DNA of 64,000 bases from Selaginella moellendorffii (lineage: Eukaryota; Plantae; Lycopodiophyta): NCBI RefSeq assembly GCF_000143415.4, contig NW_003314264.1, positions 277,098 to 341,097 on the forward strand. The letters are read 5' to 3'. A program made the translations under genes and the position numbers. This document shows, one piece after another, positions 38,255 to 51,900 of this stretch (position 1 is its first letter; every line of letters begins with the position of its first letter). The notes under the pieces are model-generated. The model was not told where the DNA came from, did not search any database, and saw only the letters and a list, made by a program, of their open reading frames with translations.

Positions 38255-41200
38255 TGTAAGCGACTAATTTTTCCATTCTACTTTAATCACTTAACCACAC
38301 CTCCGACCACTTGGAGGAGTCTCATTCACAACCTCCATAAGTCCAATTCAGGACTTGGGACTTGCTAGCCCCGAGAATGGCATCCATGCCACTCAACATT
38401 TGCACTTGGTCCAAGTGCTCCACGTGTCTGATCCCATGACCGACACTCAAAGGTACCACCGACATGGCATCTTGTTACGCTAAGGCCATGCCCAATCACC
38501 TTTGCCACACTGGTAGTCCAATACCACATGCATCCCAGTCTTTGGCTCTCCAAGACTAGGCAAACCATTCGTGAGTGGTCATCTCAGATCCACTCCTTAG
38601 CATCCTTAGGATGCCCACCGACAAGGGGAATAGCCTTCCCCAATATCCCTCTGTCAGCCCCCACTAAGTCCCTTTCTGCCCCTGGCCGTGTTTGCCAACA
38701 CTACCATTGGTTCGAGGCCCACAGGCCTGACCACTAAGTCCCACGGTCCTCTGGGACTTCCTCACCACACGACTGTGTCCTTGGTCACTACCCCAGAGGA
38801 CTACTCCTCTTCCTTTCCACAGTCTGGGCCTTTGGGACAACATTTCGGAACACCGTGGCCTTACGCGAGCCACCTGGGTACTCTCCCCGCCTTTCACCTT
38901 TAGGTGCTCTAGCCATGGGCTTAGAGCGAGGTTCCGTTGAGCCACACCTAGTATCCAAGTAGGTAGTGCCACCCACACTTGGACTGGGAGCATCGGCCAG
39001 TTGATCTCCCGGGGGAACTAGAGCCGGCTCTTGAACACTTCACCAAGCTACCCTGCTTGTCGGTCCATGTTCACTCTAGTCTTGGACTTCCCAGTGGTCA
39101 GCTCATCACCCAACACTGGGTCTGGCCTTCCTGGGCCAAACTGGCCTTTCCTGGCCAAACTGGCTCCACTGCAGTCCTCTCCCTTACTATACTTTTGGAG
39201 CTCACCAAACCCCCCAGGGTCTGGGAGACAAACGCTTTGGGCTTTCACCCTCTTAGACTCGAACTCGGACTCGGACTCAGACTCGGACTCGGACTCGGAC
39301 TCGGCCTCCGCCTCGGTCTCGGTCCCGGTCTCGGTCTCGGTCTTGGTCCCGATCTCGGTCTCGACCTCGGACTTCATCTCGGGTCCTTCTCAGACTCCAT
39401 CTCGGGTCCATCTCGGACTCCATCTCGGATCCTTCTCAGTATCCATCTCGGGTCCATCTCGGGTCCATCTCGGACTCCATCTCAGAGTCCGTCTCGGTCC
39501 ATCTCGGGCTCCATCTCGGGTCCATCTCGGACTCCATCTCGGGTCCATCTCAGACTCCATCTCGGATTCCGTCTCGGTCCATCTCGGACTCCATCTCGGA
39601 CTCCGTCTCGGTCCATCTCGGACTCCATGTCGGACTCTACTTCGGACTCCATCTCGGACTCCATCTCGGACTCCACCTCGGACTCCATCTCGGACTCTGT
39701 CTTGGTCCATCTCGGACTCCATCTCGGACTCCACTTCGGACTCCACCTTGGACACTCCCACGTGTCATGTGTTGGTCCTTTTTGGGTCCCTTTTTGGAGC
39801 CTCGCTTATTGCTCGCTTCGTGCTTGTTCCTCGAGCACTTTGTTGGGAGTTCCACTCCCGCTCTCAACCTTTCAAATCGGCGCTTTTAGTCCAAACGTGT
39901 TACGCTCGTTTGGCTTTCGCTTCGGCCACTACCACGTGGCACCCTTCCGACTCCACTTTGGGGCCTAGGGATTTTGTGTCTCACAACTCCACCACCCATA
40001 GACGAAGTTCGATGTCCTCATCGAACGGTAAACCATTCTATAAAGTAACACCCACATGTGTTACTATTTCCACCCTTGGCACCTAGCCAATATTTGTCAA
40101 TGGTTTGACATTGAAGGCCCACCATGCCTTCTCCATATTCGTCAATGGTTTGACACCAAAGGCTCACCATGCCTTGCCCATCCTCTAAGGAGGATAGTCT
40201 CTCCAACTTAGAGACTCACTTGACCACCTGGGGTGGGTTGCTCCTTTTTATTGGTTCAGTTCTCGCTAAACCCGTTAAAGACACCCTCTCTAACTCAATT
40301 CCATTACTCATTCTTGAGTAGTCACAAATTCCATTGATCTACCTTTGCACTTTGGAACGTTTACTTTTGACTTTTTGAAGTCAATTTCCTAGGTGTCTCT
40401 GACACCTTGCCTTGCACATTTTGTGCAACTCCACTTCCCCTCCTAGGAAGTTCTCTATTCGAGGGCACCCTCATCCTCTTTTTTATTTTTGTGCCACCAT
40501 TGGCATTACATTCCATTTATCATTATTTGTGCTAGGGCTGTCCACGGCCCTATCTTTTGGCTCCTTAGTTGCTCCCTCACTTGGAGCCTTTCTTTTGCCA
40601 AATTGGAGCACTTGGGAATCCATCCTTGGAAGTTCACTTCTTTTTCCGCAATCCGTTAGCATCAAACACATTAGTGTTCCTTGGCTAACTTTGCTACTTG
40701 GATTCTTTCCAATGGATTCCACGGCCCTATCTTGGGCACTTGTTTTTTGCTCCTATCCTTGGATTGTTGCACCAAGCAACATAAGATCATTACCTCCCTC
40801 ATGGAGGTATTCTTTTGGTTCCATAGCGAAGGATCTGCTTTGCCCAAACTAGGGTGTTCACCCCTAGTAAGTCTCCCCAACTGTTCTAGGCTCTTTTCCT
40901 AGCCCAACCTTGTGACCCACCCATGGGCCTGTCTCTGGAGACTATTTTCTTGAACTCATAATACCATTGTATTGTAGTAGTTCATTTCCCTTAGGTGTCC
41001 TTCCCACTTAGTCACCTTGACCAAGCCACACCTTTATCAATAGTTCAAATCAACACTTTGAACTAGGAATCATATCCCTTAACCCAAACAAAGACCTTGT
41101 CCTTGTTTAGCCACAAGATCACCTAGTGATCTCATCTTGACCCCTTAATAGGTCTAGCAATAGGAACTAGGTCTTCCAGACCCTTCTAAGTTATTGATTA

Positions 41201-41779
41201 TGACCCCGGGGGCATCCCCCACACTTGGCGGTGCGCCCAAGCCAGCCCTTCCGGCCAAGGATCCATAGCAACTGAGACTGGGTGTCCCCATCTCATTCAC
41301 CACGTCCTTGGTGCCCTTTGCACCAAAGTGTTCAAGTTAGATATGCCGAGCTTTCACTCTAAGCAATCTAACCGTGCATCACGACTCCAAGGCATCCCTC
41401 GCTTGGTGGTGTGCCCAAACCAGTCTCCAAACTAAGAGTCCATGACCACCGAAAAATGAGTGTCCTCATATTCCAAACCATCACCACACCCTAGTGAGTT
41501 GGGACTTGAACCCAAGCACTAGAGGGTTGGAACTCGAACCCAACCTCCGTGTGAGACACAAAATCCCTAGGCCCCAAAGTGGAGCCGGAAGGGCGCCACA
41601 TGGTAGTGGCCGAAGCGAGAGCCAAACGAGCGTAACACGTTTGGACCAAAAGCTCCGACTTGAAAAGTCAAGAGCGGGAGTGGAACTCCCAACGAAGTGC
41701 TCGAGGAACGAGCACGAAGCGAGCAAAAGGCGAGGCTCCAAAAAGGGACCCAAAAGGACCAACGCATGACACGTGGGAG

Positions 41780-42365
41780 TGTCCGAGATGGAGTCTGAGG
41801 TGGACCCGAGATGGACCCGAGTTGGAGTCCGAAGTGGAGTCCGAGATGGACCCGAGTTGGAGTCCGAAGTGGAGTCCGAGGTGGACCCGAGATGGACCCG
41901 AGTTGGAGTCCGAAGTGGAGTCCGAGATGGAGTCCGAGATGGAGTCCGAGGTGGACCCGAGATGGACCCGAGTTGGAGTCCGAAGTGGAGTCCGAGATGG
42001 ACCCGAGATGGAGTCCGAGATGGAGTCCGAGATGGAGTCCGAGGTGGACCCGAGATGGACCCGAAATGGAGTCCGAGATGGAGTCCGAGATGGACCCGAG
42101 ATGGAGTCCGAGATGGAGTCCGAGATGGACCCGAGATGGACCCGAGATGGACCCGAGATGGAGTCCGAGATGGAGTCCGAGATGGACCCGAGATGGAGTC
42201 CGAAGTCGAGACCGAGACCGGGACCGAGACCGGGACCGAGACCGAGACCGAGATCGGGACCGAGACCGAGGCCGAGGCCGAGACCGAGCCCGAGCCCGAG
42301 TCCGAGTCCGAATCCGAGTCCGAGTCCGAGTCCGAGTCCGAGTCCGAGTCCGAGTCCGAGTCCGG
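41780..42365 (+). repeat. LTR-internal minisatellite of 11/12-bp (GAGATGGAGTCC, GAGATGGACCC) and 6-bp (GAGACC, GAGTCC) units
   Basis: Directly visible. Equivalent arrays at ~39255-39755, ~47698-48305 and ~53008-53425 with different unit counts. Confidence 0.95.
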
Positions 42366-45300
42366 AGCCTGAGAGGGTGAAAGCCCAAAGCGTTCGTCTC
42401 CCAGACCCTGGGGGGTTTGGTGAGCCCCAAAAGTATAGTAGGGGGAGGACTGCAGTGGAGCCAGTTTGGCCAGGAAAGGCCAGTTTGGCCCAGGAAGGCC
42501 AGACCCAGTGTTGGGTGATGAGCTGCCCACTGGGAAGTCCAAGACTAGAGTGAACACAGACCGACAAGCGGGGTAGCTTGGTGATGTGTTCAAGAGCCGG
42601 CTCTAGTTCCCCCGGGAGATCGACTGGCCGATGCTCCCAGTCCAAGTGTGGGTGGCACTACCTACTTGGATACCTGGTGTGGCTCAATGGAACCCGCTCT
42701 AAGCCCATGGCTAGAGCACCCAAGGGCAGAAGGCGAGGAGAGTACCTAGGTGGCTCGCGGAAGGCCACGGTGTTCCGAAATGTTGTCCCAAAGGCCCAGA
42801 CTGTGGAAAGGAAGAGGAGCAGTCCTCTGGGGTAGTGACCAAGGACACAGTCGTGTGGTGAGGAAGTCCCAGAGGACCGTGGGACTTAGTGGTCGGGCCT
42901 GTGGGTCTCGGTCCAGTGGCAGTGTTGGCAAACACGGCCAGGGGCAGAAAGGGACTTAGTGGGGACTGACAGAGGGATATTGGGGAAGGCTATCCCCCTT
43001 GTCGGTGGGCATCCTAAGGATGCTAAGGAGTGGATCTGAGATGACCACTCACGGATGGTATGCCTAGTCTTGGGGAGCCAAGACTGTGATGCAAGTGGTA
43101 TTGGACTACCAGTGTGGCAAAGGTGATTGGGCATGGCCTTAGCGTAACGGGCTGCTATGTCGGTGGTACCTTTGAGTGTCGGTCATGGGATCGGACACGT
43201 GGAGCACTTGGACCAAGTGCAAATGTTGAGTGGCATGGATGCCATTCTCGGGGCTAGCAAGTCCCAAGTCCTGGATTGGACTTATGGAGGTTGTGAATGA
43301 GACTCCTCCAAGTGGTCGGAGATGTGGTTAAGTGACTAAAGTAGAATGGAAAATTTAGTCGCTTACAATTTGGTATCGGAGCAGTTCCTTAGTCCGACTT
43401 TTATTGGTGCTCAAGTATATCACCACTAGTGTTGGCATCGGAAGGTCCAAGGAGTGGGTCTATCCTTGAGGAGTAGCAAGTCGGGAAGACATGGCTCTCC
43501 ATTACAGTTCATGTGTGAACTTGTAGACGAGGTGGTGGATAGAAAAGTGCCAATAATGGAACGACTTTGGGATCTTGGGAACAGTGCAAGGTTTTCCTCA
43601 TTGAGTTGAGGATGTGATCCGGATGAGCATTTGTCTCAGCAAATTGGCTAAGGTTGTTGTGGTAAACAACTAAAGTTGGGATCACGGGAAAGATAGAGAC
43701 TCCAAAACAATAAAGGAGTCACAAGATTATCCTCATATAGTTGAGGTTGGTGCTCATGAATGTGAGACCAAAGGTAATGACCGTGGAAGGTCAAATACGG
43801 AAGAGGACTCAAGTCCTTGAAATGGTAGCCGGGGCTACCTCTAATAAATGCTGGAACAACCCAAGGAGTTGGGGGTGTATTGAGTGGATGAGTTGGTATT
43901 CTCATCACATGGACAAGTAGTCCTAAGGGGCAAAGGTTGCCCTCAGAGAACAAAATCAAGTGTCGGAGTAACACTTGTGAAAATAGTCCTTTTGAGTAGG
44001 ACAAGAATGCAAGAAGTGTATTCCAGTGAGCTAGTGCCTCACAAGTAGGACCTTACGGGTCTATGGATTAACCAAGTCCAAAATTGCTGGATGACTCAAG
44101 TAGAGTCAACGGATGGTCCTAAAAGGACTGATGGAAGCATTTGGACTGAGGTGTGTTGTACCCCACAAAGGATGGGGGGGGGGATCATAGGATCCAAGGA
44201 TGAGAACAGAGGGTATCTCATCAATGGCAAAATAGGCCATGCTAAAGTTATGGGAAAGGTGTTCCCAGAAGAAAACAACTTTGACATAAAGTTGTGTATG
44301 ACCTCTATGGTGCAGTGCTAACGGATGGTTGGCATGAGAAAGAGCGGTGTTGGTCTTGGCAAAGACTTAGACACGAAGGGGAAATGTCATAGAGGTAGGC
44401 TCGTGGAGCCGATGGTGTGGAGACACCAAATGTGCCAAGGTGTGATACCTTGAGGCTATGTTGGTGGGTTCATGAGAACCCCTTGCCAAAGGAATCCCAA
44501 TGGAAATGGGAATAGCATAGCCTAAGCTGCAGAGCATGCAGTTGGAGTGTGGTGACCCAGATAATGATGGAGGTGTGAAAGCACCAAGCAATGAGTTGTA
44601 GGACTTGACAACTATGAGGCAACTAAGCAAGAGGTGCAAAATAACTGGTTAAACGGGTAGAAGGTAGCTACCCAAGACTTCTTAATGGCATAAGGAAGTT
44701 GGATATACCCTTACGGGGGATAAGTTGCTTGTGTTGCGATATAGTAAGTCAATGTCATAAAAGGAAATACTCATTGTCAAGAAAGCCATCATTGGGACAC
44801 CGGGACACTCTAGAACACCAGAAGGTGGTGTTTGATGTCGCGAGGGCAATGGATAAAGCCCAAGGGACTAAGTCCCTAGCGAATGATGGATAGAAGGTGC
44901 TATCCAAATGTCCAAGGTTGCGGAGACAGGACAGGACTGTCTACCCGAATTGGACAAAGCCAAAAATGGAATTTTGGCAAAGCTAGTGATGGGCATGTAA
45001 AGGCCCATAAGCAACAATGTAATCCCAGTGTGTGGGATTATAAGGTGAGCATACCCGGATTGAGGAACCACTCCCTAGGCTATTGGGTAGGTCCATCCCT
45101 AAGAATACTTGCTAAAGCATGACAGAAAGTGCAAAGCTATCCTCCTGGTCTGGAGGAGAATGACCGAAGGAAAGGTGTGAAGCCAAAAGCAAGTAGTATT
45201 GGGATGGAATTGAACCATAGAAATCAAAGGGCATATCCAATAGTGGTTATGAAAGTTGGGAGTGGAGAATCAAGAGGGTGCTCGAGGATGTTGTTGCTAG

Positions 45301-45846
45301 CAACCGTGATGCCATGGAGAGTCTAAAATATGGAATTGTCCATGTTAGACTATATGGCAACTATAAAGCTTGTGAAAGGGGAGGCCTTAGCAAGCTGAGG
45401 GACAGAGTTCCTTCAAGGTTCCCAAAGACGATTCTAGGTAGCGTAGTACCTAGAAAGGCCAAGTGTAAATGGTTCATGGAACGCGCGAAATCAGAGTAGC
45501 GCAGCAGAAGCGTGGTCTTGAAGCTTGCCATGAGGCAAGGTTATCAAGGTTAGGGAAGTAGTTCCCGAGTGTTCAAAGAGAGGGCTTTGAACGAAAGTCG
45601 ATGGTCAAGGACTTTCACGCTTATGCAGGAACCATGTTACAATGGTCGGAGGACTTGCCAAGTGAGATTGGCACGTCGGGGGAACAAAGACCCTAATTGA
45701 AGGTGATAACTTCAAAAAGGGTGGGCCATGGGGCCGAGCATGGAGGAGTCCATGCATGATCACAGACATGTCAAGTGAGAGGACTTGGCAGTGTGGAGGA
45801 ACTAGGTTCCTAAGCTGTGATCTGTAGCGCGCTTTAAAAATAAGTT

Positions 45847-45969
45847 GGTGCACCGGCGTGGGGAGTCACGCCAGGCATCTAGTGTGATGCCGTCCGTAGA
45901 TGCATATACGGAGGTTGGGTTCGAGTCCTGACCCTATAGTGCTTGGGTTCGAGTCCCAAATCACTAGGG
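45847..45969 (+). other. Array of five consecutive hairpins, two with tRNA T-loop/B-box-like GGTTCGAGTCC, in the retroelement internal domain
   Basis: Stems GGCGTG/CACGCC, GGCATC/GATGCC, TCCGTA/TACGGA, GGTTGGG/CCTGACC and TTGGG/CCCAA (the last with an extended CTAG-containing base). Confidence 0.7.
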
Positions 45970-48900
45970 CGTGGTGATGGTTTGGAATATGAGGACACTC
46001 ATATTTCGGTGGTCATGGACTCTCAGTGGGGAGACTGGTTTGGGCACACCGCCAAGCGAGGGATGCCTCGGAGTCGTGATGCACGGTTAGATTGCTTAGT
46101 GTGAAAGCTCAGCATATCTAACTTGAACACTTTGGTGCAAGTGGCACCAAGGTCGTGGTGAGTGAGATGGGGACACCTAATCTCAGTTGCTATGAACCCT
46201 TGGCCGTAAGGGCTAGCTTGGGTGCACCGCCAAGTGTGGGGGATGCCCCCGGGGTTATAGTCAACAACTTGGAGGTCTAGAAAACCAAGTACCTCTTGGC
46301 AACTCTGTTAAGGTGCCAAGGTGAGATCACTAGGTGATCTTATGGCCAGAAAAGGACAAGGTCCTTGGTTGGCTAAGGAATGAAGTTCCTGGTTCAAAAT
46401 GTTGAAATTGAACTGTTTAAGGTGGTGTGGCTTGGTCGTGATAACCAAGTGGGAAGAGCACCTAAGGGAAATAAACTATGTCCGTGCGATGGCATAGTGA
46501 GTCCGAGGAAAGTAGTCTCTATAAAAGACCCATGGGAGGGTCACGAAGTTGGGCCGTGGATAGAGCCCATAGCAGAAGATGCTAAAGAGACGTACTAGGG
46601 GTGAACATCCTCTGGACTTGGCAAAGAAGAGTCTTTGCTATGGAACCGAAACAATACCTCAAGGAGGGAGGTAGAGATTCGATGTTGCTTGGTGCAACAA
46701 TCAACGGATAGGAGCAAAAGATGAATGGCCAAGATAGGGCCGTGGAATCCCTTGGAAGGAATCCAAGTGACAAAGTTAGGCGAGGAACACTAATGTGTTG
46801 GACGCTAACAAGTTGCGGGAAAGGAAGTGTGTTTCCAAGGAGGGATTCCGAATTGCTCCGATTTGGCAAAAGTGGAAGCTCCAAGGGAGGGAGCGGTAAG
46901 GTAGCCAAATGATAGGGCGATGAACAGCCCTAGCACAAAGTATGATAACTGGAACTTTGGCACGAAATAGAAGAGAGGATGATGGTGCCCTCGAGTAGAG
47001 AACTTCCTAGGATGGGAAGTGGAGTTGCACAAAAGGTGCAAGGCAAGGTGTCGGAGACACCTAGGAAATTGACTCCAAGAAGTCAAAATTCAAAGTTCCA
47101 AAGTGCAAAGGTTATATCGATGGAAATTGAGACTACTCGAGAAGGAGTAGTGGGATTGACTTAGAGAAGGGTCTCTAAGAGGTTTAGCGAGAACTAAACC
47201 AATAAAAGGAGAGAACCACTCCTTGTGGTCCAATCAGTCTCTAAGTTGGGGAGACTACACTCCTTAGAGGATAGGCAAGGCATGGTGAGCCTTTGGTGTC
47301 AAACCATTGAGGCATATGCAAAAGGCATGGTGAGCCTTCAATGTCAAACCATTGACAAATATTGGCTAGGTGCCAAGGATGGAAATGGTAACACATACGA
47401 GTGTTACTTTACAAAATGGTTTACCGTTCGATGAGGACATCGAACTTCGTCTATGGGTGGTGGAGTTGTGAGACACAAAATCCCTAGGCCCCAAAGTGGA
47501 GCCGGAAGGGCGCCACATGGTAGTGGCCGAAGCGAGAGCCAAACGAGCGTAACACGTTTGGACCAAAAGCTCCGACTTGAAAAGTCAAGAGCGGGAGTGG
47601 AACTCCCAACGAAGTGCTCGAGGAACGAGCACGAAGCGAGCAAAAGGCGAGGCTCCAAAAAGGGACCCAAAAGGACCAACGCATGACACGTGGGAGTGTC
47701 CGAGATGGAGTCCGAGGTGGACCCGAGATGGACCCGAGTTGGAGTCCGAAGTGGAGTCCGAGATGGACCCGAGTTGGAGTCCGAAGTGGAGTCCGAGGTG
47801 GACCCGAGATGGACCCGAGTTGGAGTCCGAAGTGGAGTCCGAGATGGAGTCCGAGATGGAGTCCGAGGTGGACCCGAGATGGACCCGAGTTGGAGTCCGA
47901 AGTGGAGTCCGAAGTGGACCCGAGATGGAGTCCGAGATGGAGTCCGAGATGGAGTCCGAGATGGACCCGAGATGGAGTCCGAGATGGACCCGAAATGGAG
48001 TCCGAGATGGAGTCCGAGATGGACCCGAGATGGAGTCCGAGATGGAGTCCGAGATGGACCCGAGATGGACCCGAGATGGACCCGAGATGGAGTCCGAGAT
48101 GGAGTCTGAGATGGAGTCGGAGATGGAGTCCGAGATGGAGTCTGAAGTCGAGACCGAGACCGGGACCGAGACCGGGACAGAGACCGAGACCGAGATCGGG
48201 ACCGAGACCGAGACCGAGGCCGAGGCCGAGACCGAGCCCGAGCCCGAGCCCGAGTCCGAATCCGAGTCCGAGTCCGAGTCGAGTCCGAGTCCGAGTCCGA
48301 GTCCGAAGCCTGAGAGGGTGAAAGCCCAAAGCGTTCGTCTCCCAGACCCTGGGGGGTTTGGTGAGCCCCAAAAGTATAGTAGGGGGAGGACTGCAGTGGA
48401 GCCAGTTTGGCCAGGAAAGGCCAGTTTGGCCCAGGAAGGCCAGACCCAGTGTTGGGTGATGAGCTGCCCACTGGGAAGTCCAAGACTAGAGTGAACACAG
48501 ACCGACAAGCGGGGTAGCTTGGTGATGTGTTCAAGAGCCGGCTCTAGTTCCCCCGGGAGATCGACTGGCCGATGCTCCCAGTCCAAGTGTGGGTGGCACT
48601 ACCTACTTGGATACCTGGTGTGGCTCAATGGAACCCGCTCTAAGCCCATGGCTAGAGCACCCAAGGGCAGAAGGCGAGGAGAGTACCTAGGTGGCTCGCG
48701 GAAGGCCACGGTGTTCCGAAATGTTGTCCCAAAGGCCCAGACTGTGGAAAGGAAGAGGAGCAGTCCTCTGGGGTAGTGACCAAGGACACAGTCGTGTGGT
48801 GAGGAAGTCCCAGAGGACCGTGGGACTTAGTGGTCGGGCCTGTGGGTCTCGGTCCAGTGGCAGTGTTGGCAAACACGGCCAGGGGCAGAAAGGGACTTAG

Positions 48901-51900
48901 TGGGGACTGACAGAGGGATATTGGGGAAGGCTATTCCCCTTGTCGGTGGGCATCCTAAGGATGCTAAGGAGTGGATCTGAGATGACCACTCACGGATGGT
49001 ATGCCTAGTCTTGGGGAGCCAAGATTGTGATGCAAGTGGTATTGGACTACCAGTGTGGCAAAGGTGATTGGGCATGGCCTTAGCGTAACGGGCTGCTATG
49101 TCGGTGGTACCTTTGAGTGTCGGTCATGGGATCGGACACGTGGAGCACTTAGACCAAGAGCAAATGTTGAGTGGCATGGATGCCATTCTCGGGGCTAGCA
49201 AGTCCCAAGTCCTGGATTGGACTTATGGAGGTTGTGAATGAGACTCCTCCAAGTGGTCGGAGATGTGGTTAAGTGACTAAAGTAGAATGGAAAATTTAGT
49301 CGCTTACACTCCGTATATGCATCTACGGACGGCATCACCCAAGATGCTTGGCGTGACTCCCCACGCCGGTGCACCAACTTATACTCAAAGCGCGCTATAA
49401 ATCACAGCTTAGGAACCTAGTTCTTCCACACTGCCAAGTCCTCTTACTTGACAAGTCTGTGATCATGCATGGACTCCTCTATGCTTGGCCCCATGGCCCA
49501 CCCTTTTTGAAGTTATCACCTTCAACTAGGGTATTTGTTCCCCTGACTTGCCAATCTCACTTTGGCAAGTCCTCCGACCATTATAACATGGTTCCTGCAC
49601 AAGCGTGAAAGCCCTTGATCATCGACTTTTGTTCAAAGCCCTTTCTTTGAACACTCGGGAACTACTTCCCTAACCTTGATAGCCTTGCCTCATGGCAAGC
49701 TTCAAGACCACGCTTCTGCTGCGCCACTCTGATTTCGCGCATTCTTTGAACCATTTATGCTTGGCCTTTCTAGGTACTAAGCTACCTAGAATCATTTTTG
49801 GGAACCTTGAAAGAACTCTGTCCCTTAACTTGCTAAGGCCTCCCTTTTTGCAAGCTTTCCAATTACCATATAGTCTAACATGGACAATTCCATATTTTAG
49901 ACTCTCCATGGCATCACGGTTGCTAGTGGCAACACCCTCGAGCCCCCACTTGATTCTCCACTCCCAACTGGCATAACCAACCTTGGTTATGCCCTTTGAT
50001 TCCTATGGTTTGGTTTTACCCCCATACTTCTTGCTTTTGGCTTCACACCTTTCCTTCGGTCATTCTCCTCCAGACCAAGAGGATAGCTTTGCACTTTCTA
50101 TCATGCCTTAGCAAGTATTCTTAAGGATGAACCTACCCGATAGCCTAGGGAGTGGTTCCTCAATCCAGGTGTGCTCACCCTATAATCCCACACACCGAGA
50201 TTACGTTGTTGCTTATGGGCCTTTACATGCCCATCGTTAGCCTTGCCAAAATTCCATTTTTGGCTTTGTTCAATTCAAGTAGACAGTTTTCTCCTGTCTC
50301 CGCCACCTTGGACATTTGGATAGCACCTTCTATCCATCATTCGCTAGGGACTTAGCCCCTTGGGCCTTATCTATTGCCCTCGTGATATCAAACACCACCT
50401 CCTGGTGTTCTAGAGTGTTCGGGTTTCCCAATGACGGCTTCCTTGACAATGAGTATTTCCTTTCATGACATTAACTTACTATATCGCAACATAAGCAACT
50501 TATCCCCCATAAGGGTATATCCAATTTCCTTATGCCATTAAGAAGGCTTGGGTAGCTACCTTCTACCTGTTTAACCAATTATTTTACACCTTTTGCTTAG
50601 TTGCCTCATAGTTGTCAAGTCCTACAACTCATTGCTGGTGCTTCCACACCTCCATCATTATCTGGGTCACCACACTCCAATTGCATGCTCTGCAGCTTAG
50701 GCTATGCCATTCCCATTTCCATTGGGATTCCTTTGGCAAGGGGTTCTTATGAGCCCACCAACATAGCCTCAAGGTATCACACCTTGGCACATTTGGTGTC
50801 TCCACACCATCGGCTCCACGAGCCTACCTCTATGACACTTCTTCTTTGTGTCTAAGTCTTTGCCAAGACCAATACCACTCTTTTTTATGCCAACCATCCA
50901 TTAGCACTGCACCATAGAAGTCACACACAACTTTGTTTCAAAGTTGTTTTCTTTTTGGGAACACCCTTCCCATAACTTTAGCATGGCACATTTTGCTATC
51001 GATAAGATACCCTTTATTCTCATCCTTGGATCCTATGATCCCCCCCATCCTTCGTGGGGTACCACACACTTTAGTCCAAACGCTTCCATCAGTCCTTTAG
51101 GACCATTTCTTGACTCTACTTGAGTCATCCAGCAGTTTTGGACTTGGTTAATCCACAGACCTGTAAGGTCCTACTTGTCGGGCACTAGCTCACTGGAATA
51201 CACTTCTGGCATTCATGTCCTCACTTACAAGGACTATTTTCATAAGTGTTACTCTGACACTTGATTTTGTTCTCTGGGGCAACCTTTGCCCCTTAGGACT
51301 ACTTGTCCATGTGATGAGAATACCAACTCATCTCTAAGTACACCCCCCAACTCCTTGGGTTGTTCCAGCATTTATTAAAGGTAGCCCCGGCTACCATTTC
51401 AAGGACTTGAGTCCTCTTCCGTATTTGACCTTCCACAGTCATTACTTTTGGTCTCACATTCATGAGTACCAACCTAAACTATATGAGGATAATCTTGTGA
51501 CTCCTTTATTGCTTTGGAGTCTTTATCTTTCCCGTGATCCTAACTATAGTTGTTTATCACAACTACGTTAGCCCGTTTGTTGCGTCAAACACTCATTTGG
51601 ATCACATCCTCAGCTCTCTAAGGAAATCTTATACTGTTCCCAAGATCCCAAAGTCATTCCATTATTGGCCCTTTTCTATCCACCACCTTGTACCGAAGTT
51701 CACGCATGAACTTGAGTGGAGAGCCATGTCTTCTCGACATGCTACTCCTCAAGGATAAGCCCACTTCTAGGACCTTCCGATGCCAACATCAATGGTGATA
51801 TACTTGAGCACCAATAAAAGTCGGACTAAGGAACAGCTTTGATACCAAGTTGTAAGCGACTAATTTTTCCATTCTACTTTAGTCACTTAACCACACCTCC

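Larger units (their letters stand above)
41550..49308 (+). mobile_element. Young full-length nested copy of a related subfamily: 5' LTR 41550-43367, PBS 43371-43382, ~4.1-kb non-coding internal domain, PPT ~47455-47466, 3' LTR 47467-49308
   Basis: TGTGAGAC...CGCTTACA termini, PBS TGGTATCGGAGC, perfect 5-bp TSD CTCCG (41545-49 / 49309-13). The empty site is visible at ~55218. Confidence 0.96.

Noticed and set aside
41780-42365. CRISPR-like repeat array
   Set aside because: Contiguous 6-12 bp units without unique spacers, no cas genes, eukaryotic context.
45855-45969. Genuine tRNA gene
   Set aside because: T-arm-like hairpins are present, but there is no acceptor stem or 7-nt anticodon loop, and the T-arm is duplicated.
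43368-47466. gag/pol coding region
   Set aside because: Only short ORFs, with no RT (YxDD), integrase, protease or gag zinc-knuckle motif recognisable.
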